From Acaryochloris marina MBIC11017 (lineage in GTDB: Bacteria > Cyanobacteriota > Cyanobacteriia > Thermosynechococcales > Thermosynechococcaceae), in assembly GCF_000018105.1 (NCBI RefSeq), contig NC_009925.1, positions 1,740,001-1,772,000 on the forward strand: 32,000 bases of DNA, read 5' to 3'. Below the pieces are notes generated by a model. That model was given only the letters and a program-made list of their open reading frames with translations. It was not told where the DNA came from and made no database searches. Positions 16,278 through 25,947 of the stretch are shown in pieces. The number at the start of each line of letters is the position of its first letter. Within the stretch, counting starts at the first letter, position 1. The position numbers and the translations under genes were made by a program.

Positions 16278-19200
16278 ATGCTTGTCAATTTTTTCATTAA
16301 ACGGCCCGTCCTGACGACCGTTTGTGCCCTCCTGATCCTGCTGATGGGCCTTGTTTGTCTTCCCACCTTACCCATTGCCCAATATCCAGATATCAGCCCG
16401 AAACAGGTCAGTATTCAGGCCAACTTTATTGGTGCCGATGCCGCCACTGTCGAAGATGGCGTCACGAGCATTCTGGAACGGGAGATTAACGGGGTCGAAG
16501 GTCTTCGCTACATGACCTCAAGCAGCAGCAACAGCGGCTCTAGTTCTATCACCGCCACCTTTGAGAATAATCGTGACCAAGATTTAGCAGCGGTGGATGT
16601 GCAGAATCGCGTCTCCAGTGTGGAGTCCCAGTTACCCGCGGCTGTCCAACAGACCGGGGTCCGGGTGACGAAACAATCCAGCAGCATTCTGATGGGCTTT
16701 GGCCTCTTCAGTGAGGACGACGAGTACGACAGTATTTTCCTGAGTAACTATGCGGACCTATATCTAACCAATGCCCTGAAGCGCGTCAATGGCGTTGGTA
16801 ATGTCACTATTTTCGGAGAACGGAAATATGCCATGCGCCTATGGCTCGACCCCGAGCGGTTAGCCAAGCGCAATCTAACCGGGCAAGATGTGGTGGATGC
16901 CCTACAAGAACAAAATATTCAAGTGGGGGCGGGACAAATTGGTCAACCGCCCGCCCCAGAAGGTCAGCAGTTCCAAATTGATATCCGCGCCGAAAGTCGA
17001 CTCAACACGATTGAAGAATTTGAGGCGTTAGTCGTTGACTCCACCGACGGTAATCTGATCAAGCTCCAAGATGTTGGGCGAGTTGAATTGGGGGCTGAAA
17101 ATTACGGTTCATTCTTACGGTTTCGCGGTAAAGACGCGGTCGGCTTGGGGATTTCCCAAATCCCTGGGAGTAACGCCCTAGACGTTGCTCGGGGCGTCAA
17201 AGAAACCATGGCAACCCTATCTGAAGACTTCCCCCCAGGGATGACCTATGACATCGGTTTTGACACCACCGATTATGTGGAGCAGTCCCTAACGGAAGTA
17301 ATCTGGACCTTAATCCAAGCGGTTGGTTTAGTGGTCCTGGTGATCTTTGTCTTTTTGCAAGATTGGCGCACCACCATTATTCCCGCCGTCACCATTCCCA
17401 TTTCCCTAATTGGGACGTTTGTATTTGTTAAATTATTCGGCTTTTCCATCAATAGCTTGACCCTGTTTGGTCTCACCCTGGCCACAGGCATGGTGGTGGA
17501 TGATGCCATTGTGGTGGTCGAAAATGTTGCCGCCAAAATTCAGAATGAGGGCATCGAGCCTCGTCAGGCCGCCATTGTGGCTATGGAAGAGCTAACAGGG
17601 GCCGTCATTGCCACCTCTCTTGTTTTGATGGCGGTGTTTGTACCTGTAGCCTTTTTCCCCGGTACAACAGGTGCACTGTATCAACAGTTTGCCTTAACGA
17701 TTGCATTTGCGATCTCACTCTCCACCTTCAACGCCCTCACCCTGACTCCCACCCTATCCGGATTACTCCTCCGTCAAAATCCCAGCATTCCTGACTGGAT
17801 AGCACCAGCCTTCAATTGGTTTAACCGCCAGCAAGATCGGCTTCGTCAGAGCTACGGCAACATTTTGGACTGGATGAACCGGTTCAAATATTTCATCTTG
17901 GCGATTTTTGCTGCCCTGTTAACCTTTACCGCTTGGATTTATACCACTGTCCCTTCAGCCTTTCTACCGGAAGAAGACCAAGGGTATTTCCTCACCATTG
18001 TCGGTGCCCCCGATGGTGTGTCTCTGGAATACACCAGCGACGTCATGAAAAAGATCGAAGAGGTCATGCTTCCCCTACCTGAAGTGCGGGCCACCTTCGC
18101 CGTGGGAGGATTTAGCTTTGGGGGCAATGCATCCAATAAAGGGATTGTGTTTACCACTCTCAAACCCTGGTCAGAACGCCGCAGCTCCGAACAATCTGCC
18201 CAAGCAATTATTAATCGAGTGCGCGGTCAATTATTCCAAATTCCCGAAGCCCGCATTCTAGCCATCAATCCACCCGCTATTCGGGGGCTCGGGAGCTATG
18301 GAGGATTCACCTTCCAACTCCAAGACCGCTCAGAGAATTTAAGCCTCGATGAGTTTGTCAGTAACTTAGGGCCAGTCTTGGGAGCCGCTAACAGCAATGA
18401 TGCCCTCGAAGGGGCATTCACCACCTATGGAGCCAATACACCACAGCTCAAGGTCGAAGTCAATCGTCAGCGAGCGAAAGCCCTCCAAGTCGATGTGGAC
18501 GAAATTTTCAATACCCTGCAGATCTATTTGGGGTCTCGGTATGTCAACGATTTCAATTTAGGTCGCCGCACCTATCGGGTCTATGTGCAAGCCGATCAAC
18601 AGTTTCGCTCCAATCCCGATGATATTGGCAAGCTATACGTGCGCTCTGGCACGGACCAAATGATTCCCCTCAGTAACTTAGTCACCATTACGTCCGTAAC
18701 GGGTGCTCAAACGATTAATCACTATAATCAATTCCGGTCCATTGAGATTAACGGAGCCGCCAAGGCAGGGGTGAGTTCTGGGCAAGCCTTACAAGCCATG
18801 GAAGAAATTGCCGCCAAAGTTCTCCCGCCAGGACTAGGGTTTGAATGGTCAGGTATCTCCTTGGAAGAAATCGAGTCCGGGGGGCAAGCAACAATTATTT
18901 TCAGTTTGGGTTTGGTACTCGTCTTCCTAGTTCTGGCTGCCCAATACGAAAGCTATGTGGATCCAGTTATCATTATGCTCTCCGTTCCCCTCGCAGTTTT
19001 AGGGGCGTTGGGAGCCCAAGTCTTACGGGGCTTTTCCAACGATATTTACTGCCAAATTGGTCTCGTGATGCTGATTGGTCTCGCGAGTAAAAACTCAATT
19101 CTGATTGTTGAGTTTGCCAACCAACTCCGGGAAGAAGGACTCCCCATTCCTAAAGCGGCCCTGCAAGCGGCCCAACAACGACTCCGACCCATTTTAATGA

Positions 19201-19454
19201 CCGCTATTTCCACCCTCAGCAGTATTTTCCCCCTCGTGGTGGCGTCTGGAGCTGGGGCTGGCAGTCGGCAATCCTTGGGAACAGCCGTCTTTGGCGGCAT
19301 GTTTGTGGCCACATTTCTAAGTCTCTTTGTTGTGCCTATCCTGTACATCATCATTAAGGGCTTTAGCGATCGTATCTCTCCCAAAACAGCCGAACTAACG
19401 CCAACAACAGAGGTGCTAGGGGCAGAAGAAAATCTAACCGTCATTCGCAAATAA
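16278..19454 (+). CDS. RND efflux permease, AcrB/HAE1-like
   Basis: 1058 aa. It has MLVNFFIKRPV at the N-terminus and GMVVDDAIVVVENV, the two-fold TM/large-loop architecture typical of AcrB-family pumps. Confidence 0.93.
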   Translation: MLVNFFIKRPVLTTVCALLILLMGLVCLPTLPIAQYPDISPKQVSIQANFIGADAATVEDGVTSILEREINGVEGLRYMTSSSSNSGSSSITATFENNRDQDLAAVDVQNRVSSVESQLPAAVQQTGVRVTKQSSSILMGFGLFSEDDEYDSIFLSNYADLYLTNALKRVNGVGNVTIFGERKYAMRLWLDPERLAKRNLTGQDVVDALQEQNIQVGAGQIGQPPAPEGQQFQIDIRAESRLNTIEEFEALVVDSTDGNLIKLQDVGRVELGAENYGSFLRFRGKDAVGLGISQIPGSNALDVARGVKETMATLSEDFPPGMTYDIGFDTTDYVEQSLTEVIWTLIQAVGLVVLVIFVFLQDWRTTIIPAVTIPISLIGTFVFVKLFGFSINSLTLFGLTLATGMVVDDAIVVVENVAAKIQNEGIEPRQAAIVAMEELTGAVIATSLVLMAVFVPVAFFPGTTGALYQQFALTIAFAISLSTFNALTLTPTLSGLLLRQNPSIPDWIAPAFNWFNRQQDRLRQSYGNILDWMNRFKYFILAIFAALLTFTAWIYTTVPSAFLPEEDQGYFLTIVGAPDGVSLEYTSDVMKKIEEVMLPLPEVRATFAVGGFSFGGNASNKGIVFTTLKPWSERRSSEQSAQAIINRVRGQLFQIPEARILAINPPAIRGLGSYGGFTFQLQDRSENLSLDEFVSNLGPVLGAANSNDALEGAFTTYGANTPQLKVEVNRQRAKALQVDVDEIFNTLQIYLGSRYVNDFNLGRRTYRVYVQADQQFRSNPDDIGKLYVRSGTDQMIPLSNLVTITSVTGAQTINHYNQFRSIEINGAAKAGVSSGQALQAMEEIAAKVLPPGLGFEWSGISLEEIESGGQATIIFSLGLVLVFLVLAAQYESYVDPVIIMLSVPLAVLGALGAQVLRGFSNDIYCQIGLVMLIGLASKNSILIVEFANQLREEGLPIPKAALQAAQQRLRPILMTAISTLSSIFPLVVASGAGAGSRQSLGTAVFGGMFVATFLSLFVVPILYIIIKGFSDRISPKTAELTPTTEVLGAEENLTVIRK

Positions 19455-19728
19455 AACCGCTAACTGCCAGGTCAAATCATCAAAAAGTGGGCTCACCCTA
19501 GTTTTATTGACATTGGTATTGCCATCAAAAAATACTGTTTTATTTGTATTTCATGATACAAGGGATTCCAGTCGCCTAGATCTACCGGTCTGTCACTCAT
19601 TTTTAGGGGCATTAAGCAGATTTCTCCCATTAAAGTCTTGAAAAAATGCACAACATGTGATCCATAGAAGAAAACATTGGGAACATTCAGTAGTATTCCA
19701 ATGCTGTTCGTAATTTCAAGGAGAAATT

Positions 19729-19893
19729 ATGCCGCAACGATATCGAGAGGAAGTTGAAGCATTAGCTAAAGCTTTATTAAGTAGTCACGAAAAAGATGGC
19801 CTGATTTATAGTGGGATTGCAACGCTACTTATGGTTGCCTTAACCATTTATTGGGTGGATGGACTCATTAGGCTAGGATTGATTGGTGGATAG
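19729..19893 (+). CDS. Small tail-anchored membrane protein (54 aa), not in the ORF track
   Basis: AAGGAG (19718-19723) lies 5 nt before the ATG. The product is MPQRYREEVEALAKALLSSHEKDGLIYSGIATLLMVALTIYWVDGLIRLGLIGG. A hairpin plus T-run follows at 19923-19956. Confidence 0.45.
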   Translation: MPQRYREEVEALAKALLSSHEKDGLIYSGIATLLMVALTIYWVDGLIRLGLIGG

Positions 19894-19922
19894 GGTTTGA
19901 GAGTGCAAGATGATCAGTTACC

Positions 19923-19956
19923 AAGCCCTGAGAGATCTTTCTTAAAGGGCTTTTAT
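19923..19956 (+). terminator. Hairpin plus T-run downstream of the small ORF
   Basis: AAGCCCT (19923-19929) pairs with AGGGCTT (19946-19952) around a 16-nt loop and is followed by TT A. Confidence 0.3.
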
Positions 19957-20130
19957 ACACTTATTTATATCAATTTATATATAAAATATTCAGGCTAGTA
20001 GAAATCATTAGCTATCCTTCATCAACGGGAATCAATCAATTATTTTTTTAGCTCAGATTATCTACAGTACTCTCCAATTTTTTCTCTCGCAGTGGAATGA
20101 GTCAAGCTATCAATCTCTTCCTAAAAGTTG

Positions 20131-20619
20131 TTAGAGCACCCCTTGATCATAGGTTGAGTACTCTAATCCTAAAATATTGCGCAAGGCGGGTAGTTGATGA
20201 GTTTGTAGAAACTCAAAGTTAGAATAATTCAAGCTCTTAAAAGGGACCTGCCGCCCATGTTCCACGCCTGCACTAAATTCTTCTAGTTCTCTTTGACTTA
20301 AACAATAGGGGCTAGGGTAAAGAAACCGAGCGACAAACTGGAAGAGCATAAGATGAAACCAATGGGTATTAGGGTCATTACCCATGGCAAATCCCAGAAC
20401 ATAGGCTTCACCAAAGGAGTCGAATCCTTTTTTCAACAAGAGGTGTAGACAGTCATGCTGGTACAAGTCAATTTTGCCGGGTAGCGCCAAGGGACTCCTA
20501 GGATTTTCAAAAAGCCACACGAAGAATGGGATCTTCGAAGGGGGATCTCCAGCTAACATTAAATATGCATCACGCAGAGTTAATACTTCAAGTTCTTCTG
20601 GATAGATATCCCAAAGCAT
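20131..20619 (-). CDS. Coq4-like HDxxH-x11-E motif protein (function unknown)
   Basis: 162 aa. QHDCLHLLLKKGFDSFGEAYV matches the Coq4-family metal-ligand motif HDxxH-x(10-13)-E, including the G-E ending. The protein is shorter than canonical Coq4. Confidence 0.6.
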   Translation of the reverse strand: MLWDIYPEELEVLTLRDAYLMLAGDPPSKIPFFVWLFENPRSPLALPGKIDLYQHDCLHLLLKKGFDSFGEAYVLGFAMGNDPNTHWFHLMLFQFVARFLYPSPYCLSQRELEEFSAGVEHGRQVPFKSLNYSNFEFLQTHQLPALRNILGLEYSTYDQGVL

Positions 20620-20657
20620 TGACTCCTCCTATTTGAAATATCAAAAATTTACTCATG

Positions 20658-20912
20658 TTAATTGAGAATCCAGCGAAAAATTCCTAAACAGTCCACACAC
20701 AGAAAAAGGGACGCCGAATAAAGCACCATCGACTGGTCTCGAAGCAACATGCTAGAGACCAGCATTTGGCTTGAGCTAACAGCCAGAAAGAGAAATCCAT
20801 AACCACTGATCTCAGTATTCGAGGCAAGGATAATTCCTCCCGTTATGGCACAGGCTGTACTAGAGAATTTTAATCGCCGAGCCCACCTCAAATGATTCCG
20901 AAGTAACACCAT
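20658..20912 (-). CDS. Small membrane protein (about 3 TM)
   Basis: 84 aa and hydrophobic, 38 nt upstream of and co-directional with the Coq4-like gene. Confidence 0.5.
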   Translation of the reverse strand: MVLLRNHLRWARRLKFSSTACAITGGIILASNTEISGYGFLFLAVSSSQMLVSSMLLRDQSMVLYSASLFLCVDCLGIFRWILN

Positions 20913-21540
20913 TCGTCATTCTCTAAATAGACAATATCCATGCCAGTATGAACAGTTAAAAATATGCATTGTTTTTATCTGATTTTGCAAAAAACAACTC
21001 AATCCTCTATTCACAAAAACACTAGTACAGCTATCGCCTAATAGAATAAAAATAGCCAGAATAGCTTTCTCAGAAATCATTTCTGATAATCTTACTATTC
21101 GGAATAAAAAACTATTCACTCACACAACAATATAATGTTCAGCGAAGAAATCCGTCTGTAACACCACAATATTTTTCATAAATCAATATTATGTGGGTGT
21201 ATCTAATTTTAGGCTAATCACTTTGTATCATAATTTACAAAATTTTTCTCCGTTTTTTTTAGATTTTCCAGTTCAATTCCAACAAAATAGTCTGTTTTTC
21301 TAGCTCAATATTATTGAAGCCATTCCTATAAACATAAGTCCTGAACTATTTTTCACGATCAAGACAAGAACAGCCACAATATTTTTATTAACTTTATTTA
21401 CATAAATATCTATTTTTTTAGAGAAAAATTCAACAATCATCACTCGATAAAATCCCTGTAACAAAATCTAGAAATTCAGACAAAAAAGGGATCCAAGATA
21501 ATCTATAAAAAAACTGATAAGTCAATACTCTAGAGCTAAT

Positions 21541-23838
21541 TCACGGCAAACTTTCGTGCAAGCTTGCTGCCCTCGCCATCTCTATGGGTCTTAATCTCAC
21601 AGGTACATTTTTATGGAAAGGGGTGGCACTGATGGTGTCGCAATGTTGGGCGTCGGTCAACAAATTCAAGAGCGGGCCGTAGCGGGTGCGCGTTCCATTC
21701 GCATCGGGATAGTCCAACCCATAGCCGTGGGGCAAACTGACCACCCCCGGACGAAGGGTATCGCAAAGTTTGACCTGTACCGTCAGCTGTCCCCAGGGGG
21801 ATTCACACACTGCATGACTCCCTTCAGCTAGCGCTAACGCTTTAGCATCGACAGGATGGATCTTGAGCACCCCCTCAGCGTCATTTTGTCGCCATTGGGG
21901 ATTACGGTAGATGGTGTTGGCGTTATACATGCGGCGCTCACCTGCAATCAGCATCAAGGGATACTCTGGCCAGGCATGGTGGGAGGAGAGGGTCTGCAAC
22001 TCCTCAATCAGTTCAGAAATCACTAACCGCACTTTTTGGTCTTTGTAGCCCATCAATGCCCAGGTCTCTTCATAGCGATGTTGGCTAATAGGTGCGCCAC
22101 TATGGCCATGCAAAATCCGCTGAAATAATGCTTCTGCCAATCGCCCCCCTCGGCCAGGCAAACCCGTCCGGGCCACTGCTTCGCCATGGTGCTGAACATA
22201 AAGCTGGCTCACCCCCCAAAACGGGGCAATGCTGTCATCCGGTAAGGTCTTGCCCAAGGATCCTTGCAAGGCAAAAGCAACGGTACGTCTCAGCTGAGGC
22301 TGTAGGGCCATGGCCGCCACCAAAGCCACTCGATACAGTCCTAGCTGAGGCCACCGCCCATGCCAACGAGCCACCTGTTCCAACACTGGATAGCGTTCAG
22401 GAATCGCCCCAATCGCAACCGCCAATCGCCGATAGATTTCTGACTCTGGCAGAGTATCGGCTAAAGGAGCAAACAGAGGCTTTCGTAAATGAAAGGCATT
22501 GGTGGGAAATTCCAAATTAAAAAAGGCGGCTTCCCATTTTTCAAACTGCGACGCAGCCGACAGGATGTAGTCGGCATAGCGAGCCGTCTCTGTCATCGCC
22601 ACATCTACAACCACCAGCAGATCCAGCTTGGGAAAGGCACGCTGATAGGCTTGGGTATCTGCCCCGGACACCACCGGATTGGCACTATCGACGATTAAGC
22701 CCCGGATACGCTGAGGATGATCGGACTCAATTTCAGCAGGCAACACATTGGGGGGAAATAGCTGGGCAATTTCCGTGATACCCGTTGCCTTCGTTTGGCA
22801 TAGCGTTTTAGCCTCGGCATCAGAATGGCCAACCCAAGGCAGGAAAAAGGTATGGAAGTTGTTACCGCCAGGTTTGCCTAAATTGCCCGTTAGCAGAAAG
22901 AACAGTTTCTCTAGATAGGAATTGAGGGTGCTGTTGAGGCTTTGCTGCAAACCCAAATCCACCCGGACATTGGCAGACTTCGCGGTGGCAAAGCGGCGCA
23001 CGGCCTCATAAACCTGATCGGCATCTACTCCAGCCCGTTCAATATGATCCGCAATGGGAATGGTTAGGAGACAAGCCCGCACCTCTGTATATCCAATCGT
23101 ATGCTCCTGGAGAAAGGCTTGATCTTCCCAGCCTTCCTGCACCAGAATTGCCAGCATGGCTGATAGTAAAAAGGCATCGGTTCCAGGCCGCAACTGCAGA
23201 TGAATATCCGCTAACTCTGCCGTTTCCGTCCGGCGCGGATCGATCACAATCATGGTTCGCTGATCGTCCTGGGCAATCTGTTTAAGGGTGGGGCGGGCAT
23301 TACGGATGCCGTGGGCTTGCCAAGGATTGGTGCCAATAAACAATACGCACTCTGTCTGTTCAATATCTTCGGTGGTATGGCAGTTTTGACGACCAAACAG
23401 CTTGCCATTCGCCCAAAAGTCCCCGGTTTTTTCCTGAGCCAGGGCGGAATAGTAGTAGGGAATCTCCAAGGCATCGCGAAAGGTGCTGCTGTACATGGAG
23501 CCGAGGTGATTGCCTTGGCCGCCCCCGCCATAAAAGGCGAGGCACTCTTTGCCGTAGGTCTGCTTTAGATCCAGCAGGCGAGCGGCAATTTCGGTAATAG
23601 CGGTTTGCCAGTCAATGGGTTGATAGGATCCATCTTCCTGCCGTTTAAGGGGTTGGGTGAGGCGATCGGCATTGTTTTGATAGTGGTCGAGTTGGGCGGC
23701 TTTTTGGCAGATATAGCCTGCACTAACCGGGTGGTTTTTATCGCCACGAATCTTGGTGAGATGGCCGTCTGCGACTTGGACCTGGAGGCCGCAGTTGCGG
23801 GAACATAAAATACAAGCCGTCGGCTGCCAATCGGTCAT
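21541..23838 (-). CDS. Molybdopterin (bis-MGD) oxidoreductase family protein with an N-terminal 4Fe-4S motif
   Basis: 765 aa. C-x2-C-x3-C-x27-C (TACILCSRNCGLQ...GYIC) is the MopB-superfamily cluster motif. Length and overall pattern fit BisC/formate-dehydrogenase-like enzymes. The substrate cannot be assigned. Confidence 0.85.
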   Translation of the reverse strand: MTDWQPTACILCSRNCGLQVQVADGHLTKIRGDKNHPVSAGYICQKAAQLDHYQNNADRLTQPLKRQEDGSYQPIDWQTAITEIAARLLDLKQTYGKECLAFYGGGGQGNHLGSMYSSTFRDALEIPYYYSALAQEKTGDFWANGKLFGRQNCHTTEDIEQTECVLFIGTNPWQAHGIRNARPTLKQIAQDDQRTMIVIDPRRTETAELADIHLQLRPGTDAFLLSAMLAILVQEGWEDQAFLQEHTIGYTEVRACLLTIPIADHIERAGVDADQVYEAVRRFATAKSANVRVDLGLQQSLNSTLNSYLEKLFFLLTGNLGKPGGNNFHTFFLPWVGHSDAEAKTLCQTKATGITEIAQLFPPNVLPAEIESDHPQRIRGLIVDSANPVVSGADTQAYQRAFPKLDLLVVVDVAMTETARYADYILSAASQFEKWEAAFFNLEFPTNAFHLRKPLFAPLADTLPESEIYRRLAVAIGAIPERYPVLEQVARWHGRWPQLGLYRVALVAAMALQPQLRRTVAFALQGSLGKTLPDDSIAPFWGVSQLYVQHHGEAVARTGLPGRGGRLAEALFQRILHGHSGAPISQHRYEETWALMGYKDQKVRLVISELIEELQTLSSHHAWPEYPLMLIAGERRMYNANTIYRNPQWRQNDAEGVLKIHPVDAKALALAEGSHAVCESPWGQLTVQVKLCDTLRPGVVSLPHGYGLDYPDANGTRTRYGPLLNLLTDAQHCDTISATPFHKNVPVRLRPIEMARAASLHESLP

Positions 23839-24021
23839 GATTCAGGTCGAGTAGAGGGGAACTACTGTCAGCATAGGGGCCTTTGGGTTGCAATCCAATG
23901 CCCTGTGATAAACCTCTTCTTTGGTCACCGAGACAGATCACAGTGGAGTATGTGTCGGCGATGATTCAATAGAACTGAAGTCGTCATCTGAATAAACTTC
24001 GCCGATAATGAATTCAAGTGA

Positions 24022-25296
24022 GTGAGGGTTGTCCCCATGCAGCGATTTAACGTTCTATTGCCTGCTTTAACGGTGGGAACTGCTTTGGTGATGGTGCAGC
24101 CAGCCCAGGCGTTGTCCGGGGCCGAGGTGAATCAAATAGCAAAGGAGTCCACCATTTTGGTGAAAGGCCAAAATCCTGGCTCTGGGGTGCTGGTGGGGAA
24201 AAAGGAAAATACCTACTATGCCCTGACAGCAGAACATGTGGTCGCCACGCCGGATGAGTATGACATTGTGGCTCCCGATGGGACGGAATATGTCTTGAAT
24301 TATCAATCGGTGCAGAAGCTGCCGAATGTGGATTTGGCTCTGGTGAGTTTTACCAGCCAGAAATCGTATCAATTAGCAAAACTCGGTAACTCAGATCAGT
24401 TAACAGAAGGCGATAAGGTCTTTATTGCGGGCTGGCCTTCTTCGGGGGTTGCCCTGCCTCATATCTATCAGTTCACGTCTGGCGAAATTTCCGGTCTGCC
24501 ACCCCAGTCCATCGGTAAAGGCTACAAAATGGTCTATACCAACGTCACCCGAGCAGGAATGAGTGGCGGGCCTGTGTTTAATGATGATGGCAAAGTGGTG
24601 GGGATTCATGGTTTAGCCGAAGGCAGAGAGGTGGTTTTGCCAGGCTATCAAGGGGACCGCAGCGTGATTAAGGCTGGGTTCAATTTGGGAATTCCCATCA
24701 ATACGTTTGTGCGGCTCTCTAAAAAGATGGAGGCCAAGCCCCAGGCGACTCCACAACCCACTCCCAAACCGATTCAAGAATCAACGGCAGTAGCTCAAGT
24801 GATTGATGCGCCTGCTCTACCAGCCCTCCCCAGAGGTCCAAAGGTTACTTTTGATCGCCCCCCTCAACTTGTCGGTACTTCTACAACAAATCGAGATGCC
24901 CGATCTTTAGGAGCCACGTACTTCTTTACGATTGATATTCCACAAGATGCGGCTCAACCGTTGCAAAAGGTGGAGTTTATTTTGAAGCAAGGGGTGCAAT
25001 ATCCACGCTTTAAGGCAACTTCAGTGAAGGCATTTGAGGGGACAAAGCGAAATAAAGGCGAGGCTTTGCCGATTAATATTGTGGTCAGTGATCCATCGGT
25101 TCGGACATTGACGGTTACGTTTGATAAACCTGTTGCTCCAGGTCAAACAATTACAATGGCTGTTCGACCAGTGCGGAATCCTTCGGTGGGAACTTATATG
25201 TTTGAGGTACGAGGTACGCCTGCTGGTTCAACTGCTGAAGGTCAATATTTAGGGATTGGTCGTTTAGATTTTTCACGCAGCTCCTTGGGGAAATAA
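24022..25296 (+). CDS. Secreted trypsin-like (S1) serine protease with a C-terminal cyanobacterial DUF2808-like domain
   Basis: The catalytic triad contexts are TAEHVV, DLALV and GMSGGPV. The track start is GTG at 24022. ATG at 24037 gives a clean signal peptide, MQRFNVLLPALTVGTALVMVQPAQA. A Pro-rich linker precedes a beta-rich C-domain. Confidence 0.85.
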   Translation: MRVVPMQRFNVLLPALTVGTALVMVQPAQALSGAEVNQIAKESTILVKGQNPGSGVLVGKKENTYYALTAEHVVATPDEYDIVAPDGTEYVLNYQSVQKLPNVDLALVSFTSQKSYQLAKLGNSDQLTEGDKVFIAGWPSSGVALPHIYQFTSGEISGLPPQSIGKGYKMVYTNVTRAGMSGGPVFNDDGKVVGIHGLAEGREVVLPGYQGDRSVIKAGFNLGIPINTFVRLSKKMEAKPQATPQPTPKPIQESTAVAQVIDAPALPALPRGPKVTFDRPPQLVGTSTTNRDARSLGATYFFTIDIPQDAAQPLQKVEFILKQGVQYPRFKATSVKAFEGTKRNKGEALPINIVVSDPSVRTLTVTFDKPVAPGQTITMAVRPVRNPSVGTYMFEVRGTPAGSTAEGQYLGIGRLDFSRSSLGK

Positions 25297-25656
25297 AGCG
25301 TGCCCAAGCTAGAGATTTAGGGTGTTAGGTCTATAAATCATCGAGGCAAAAAACCATCAGAAGGTGATTAACTTTTACCAAGAATTTAATCACCATAGAT
25401 TTCTGCTAAAGCCACCGCCAGCCCATCATCCAAATCTTGCAACGCGGACCAGCAGGGGCATTAAACCAGCAGGGGCATTAAAATAGGAATTTACGGTTTC
25501 GTCTGGAACCACTGCCCTATATGGCGTCCAGATCGCACTGTGGGGATGTGTAATGAGATTAGCACCCTGGAATTACCTGATTTAGCCCTCTCCATGAACA
25601 AGAAAACTCATCAAAAAATCAAAATAATGTTTTGTGCTCCCTTCTAAGTTTCTTAG

Positions 25657-25938
25657 CTACTCATAACTGTAGGTGTTTGTCGATATGCACACGCTGCTGG
25701 TCCTAATTGGGCCTATTGGTCGCTTTGGATAGTATTTATTTGGGCAAACGATTCGCCATGTTCCATCAGAGCAGCATATATAAATACCATCTTTTGTTCC
25801 TGCCGGAACGTGCCTATCATTAAGAATACAAGCAGCGTATGCACTGGGTGAAAAGAAATAGATAAATGCTGTCGCAATAATAGTACTTAAAATATACAAA
25901 GAAAGCTTGATGGAGGTATTCATGTTTTTAGATATCAT
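25657..25938 (-). CDS. Small secreted or lipoprotein-like Cys-rich protein
   Basis: 93 aa. The signal peptide ends SPSAYA/AC and the mature part has five Cys, or four if Cys+1 is lipidated. It starts 9 nt after the stop of the upstream 299-aa ORF. Alternative ATG at 25923. Confidence 0.6.
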   Translation of the reverse strand: MISKNMNTSIKLSLYILSTIIATAFIYFFSPSAYAACILNDRHVPAGTKDGIYICCSDGTWRIVCPNKYYPKRPIGPIRTSSVCISTNTYSYE

Positions 25939-25947
25939 AGATGATTA

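Noticed and set aside
20916-21119. 67-aa minus-strand ORF just upstream of the 84-aa membrane ORF.
   Set aside because: It is short, lies in very AT-rich DNA and has no SD or recognisable motif. It may be real, since it has one hydrophobic segment and a 3-nt gap to the next ORF, but support is insufficient.
21164-21386. A 13-mer direct repeat, CCACAATATTTTT, at 21164 and 21374.
   Set aside because: Several exact 13-mer coincidences are expected by chance in 32 kb, and more in AT-rich DNA. No associated structure was found.
23839-24021. Molybdenum-cofactor riboswitch in the 183-nt leader of the molybdopterin oxidoreductase gene.
   Set aside because: I could not recognise the conserved Moco-motif core by eye, only vague GC-rich pieces. 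An Infernal/Rfam scan would decide this.
25448-25481. Perfect tandem duplication of a 17-mer (ACCAGCAGGGGCATTAA, two copies), with short open frames around it that look like gene remnants (for example ...ALQDLDDGLAVALAEIYGD*).
   Set aside because: The frames are under 50 codons, with stops in all frames nearby. Removing one repeat copy does not join them into a longer ORF. It is probably debris at the island edge and is too weak to call.
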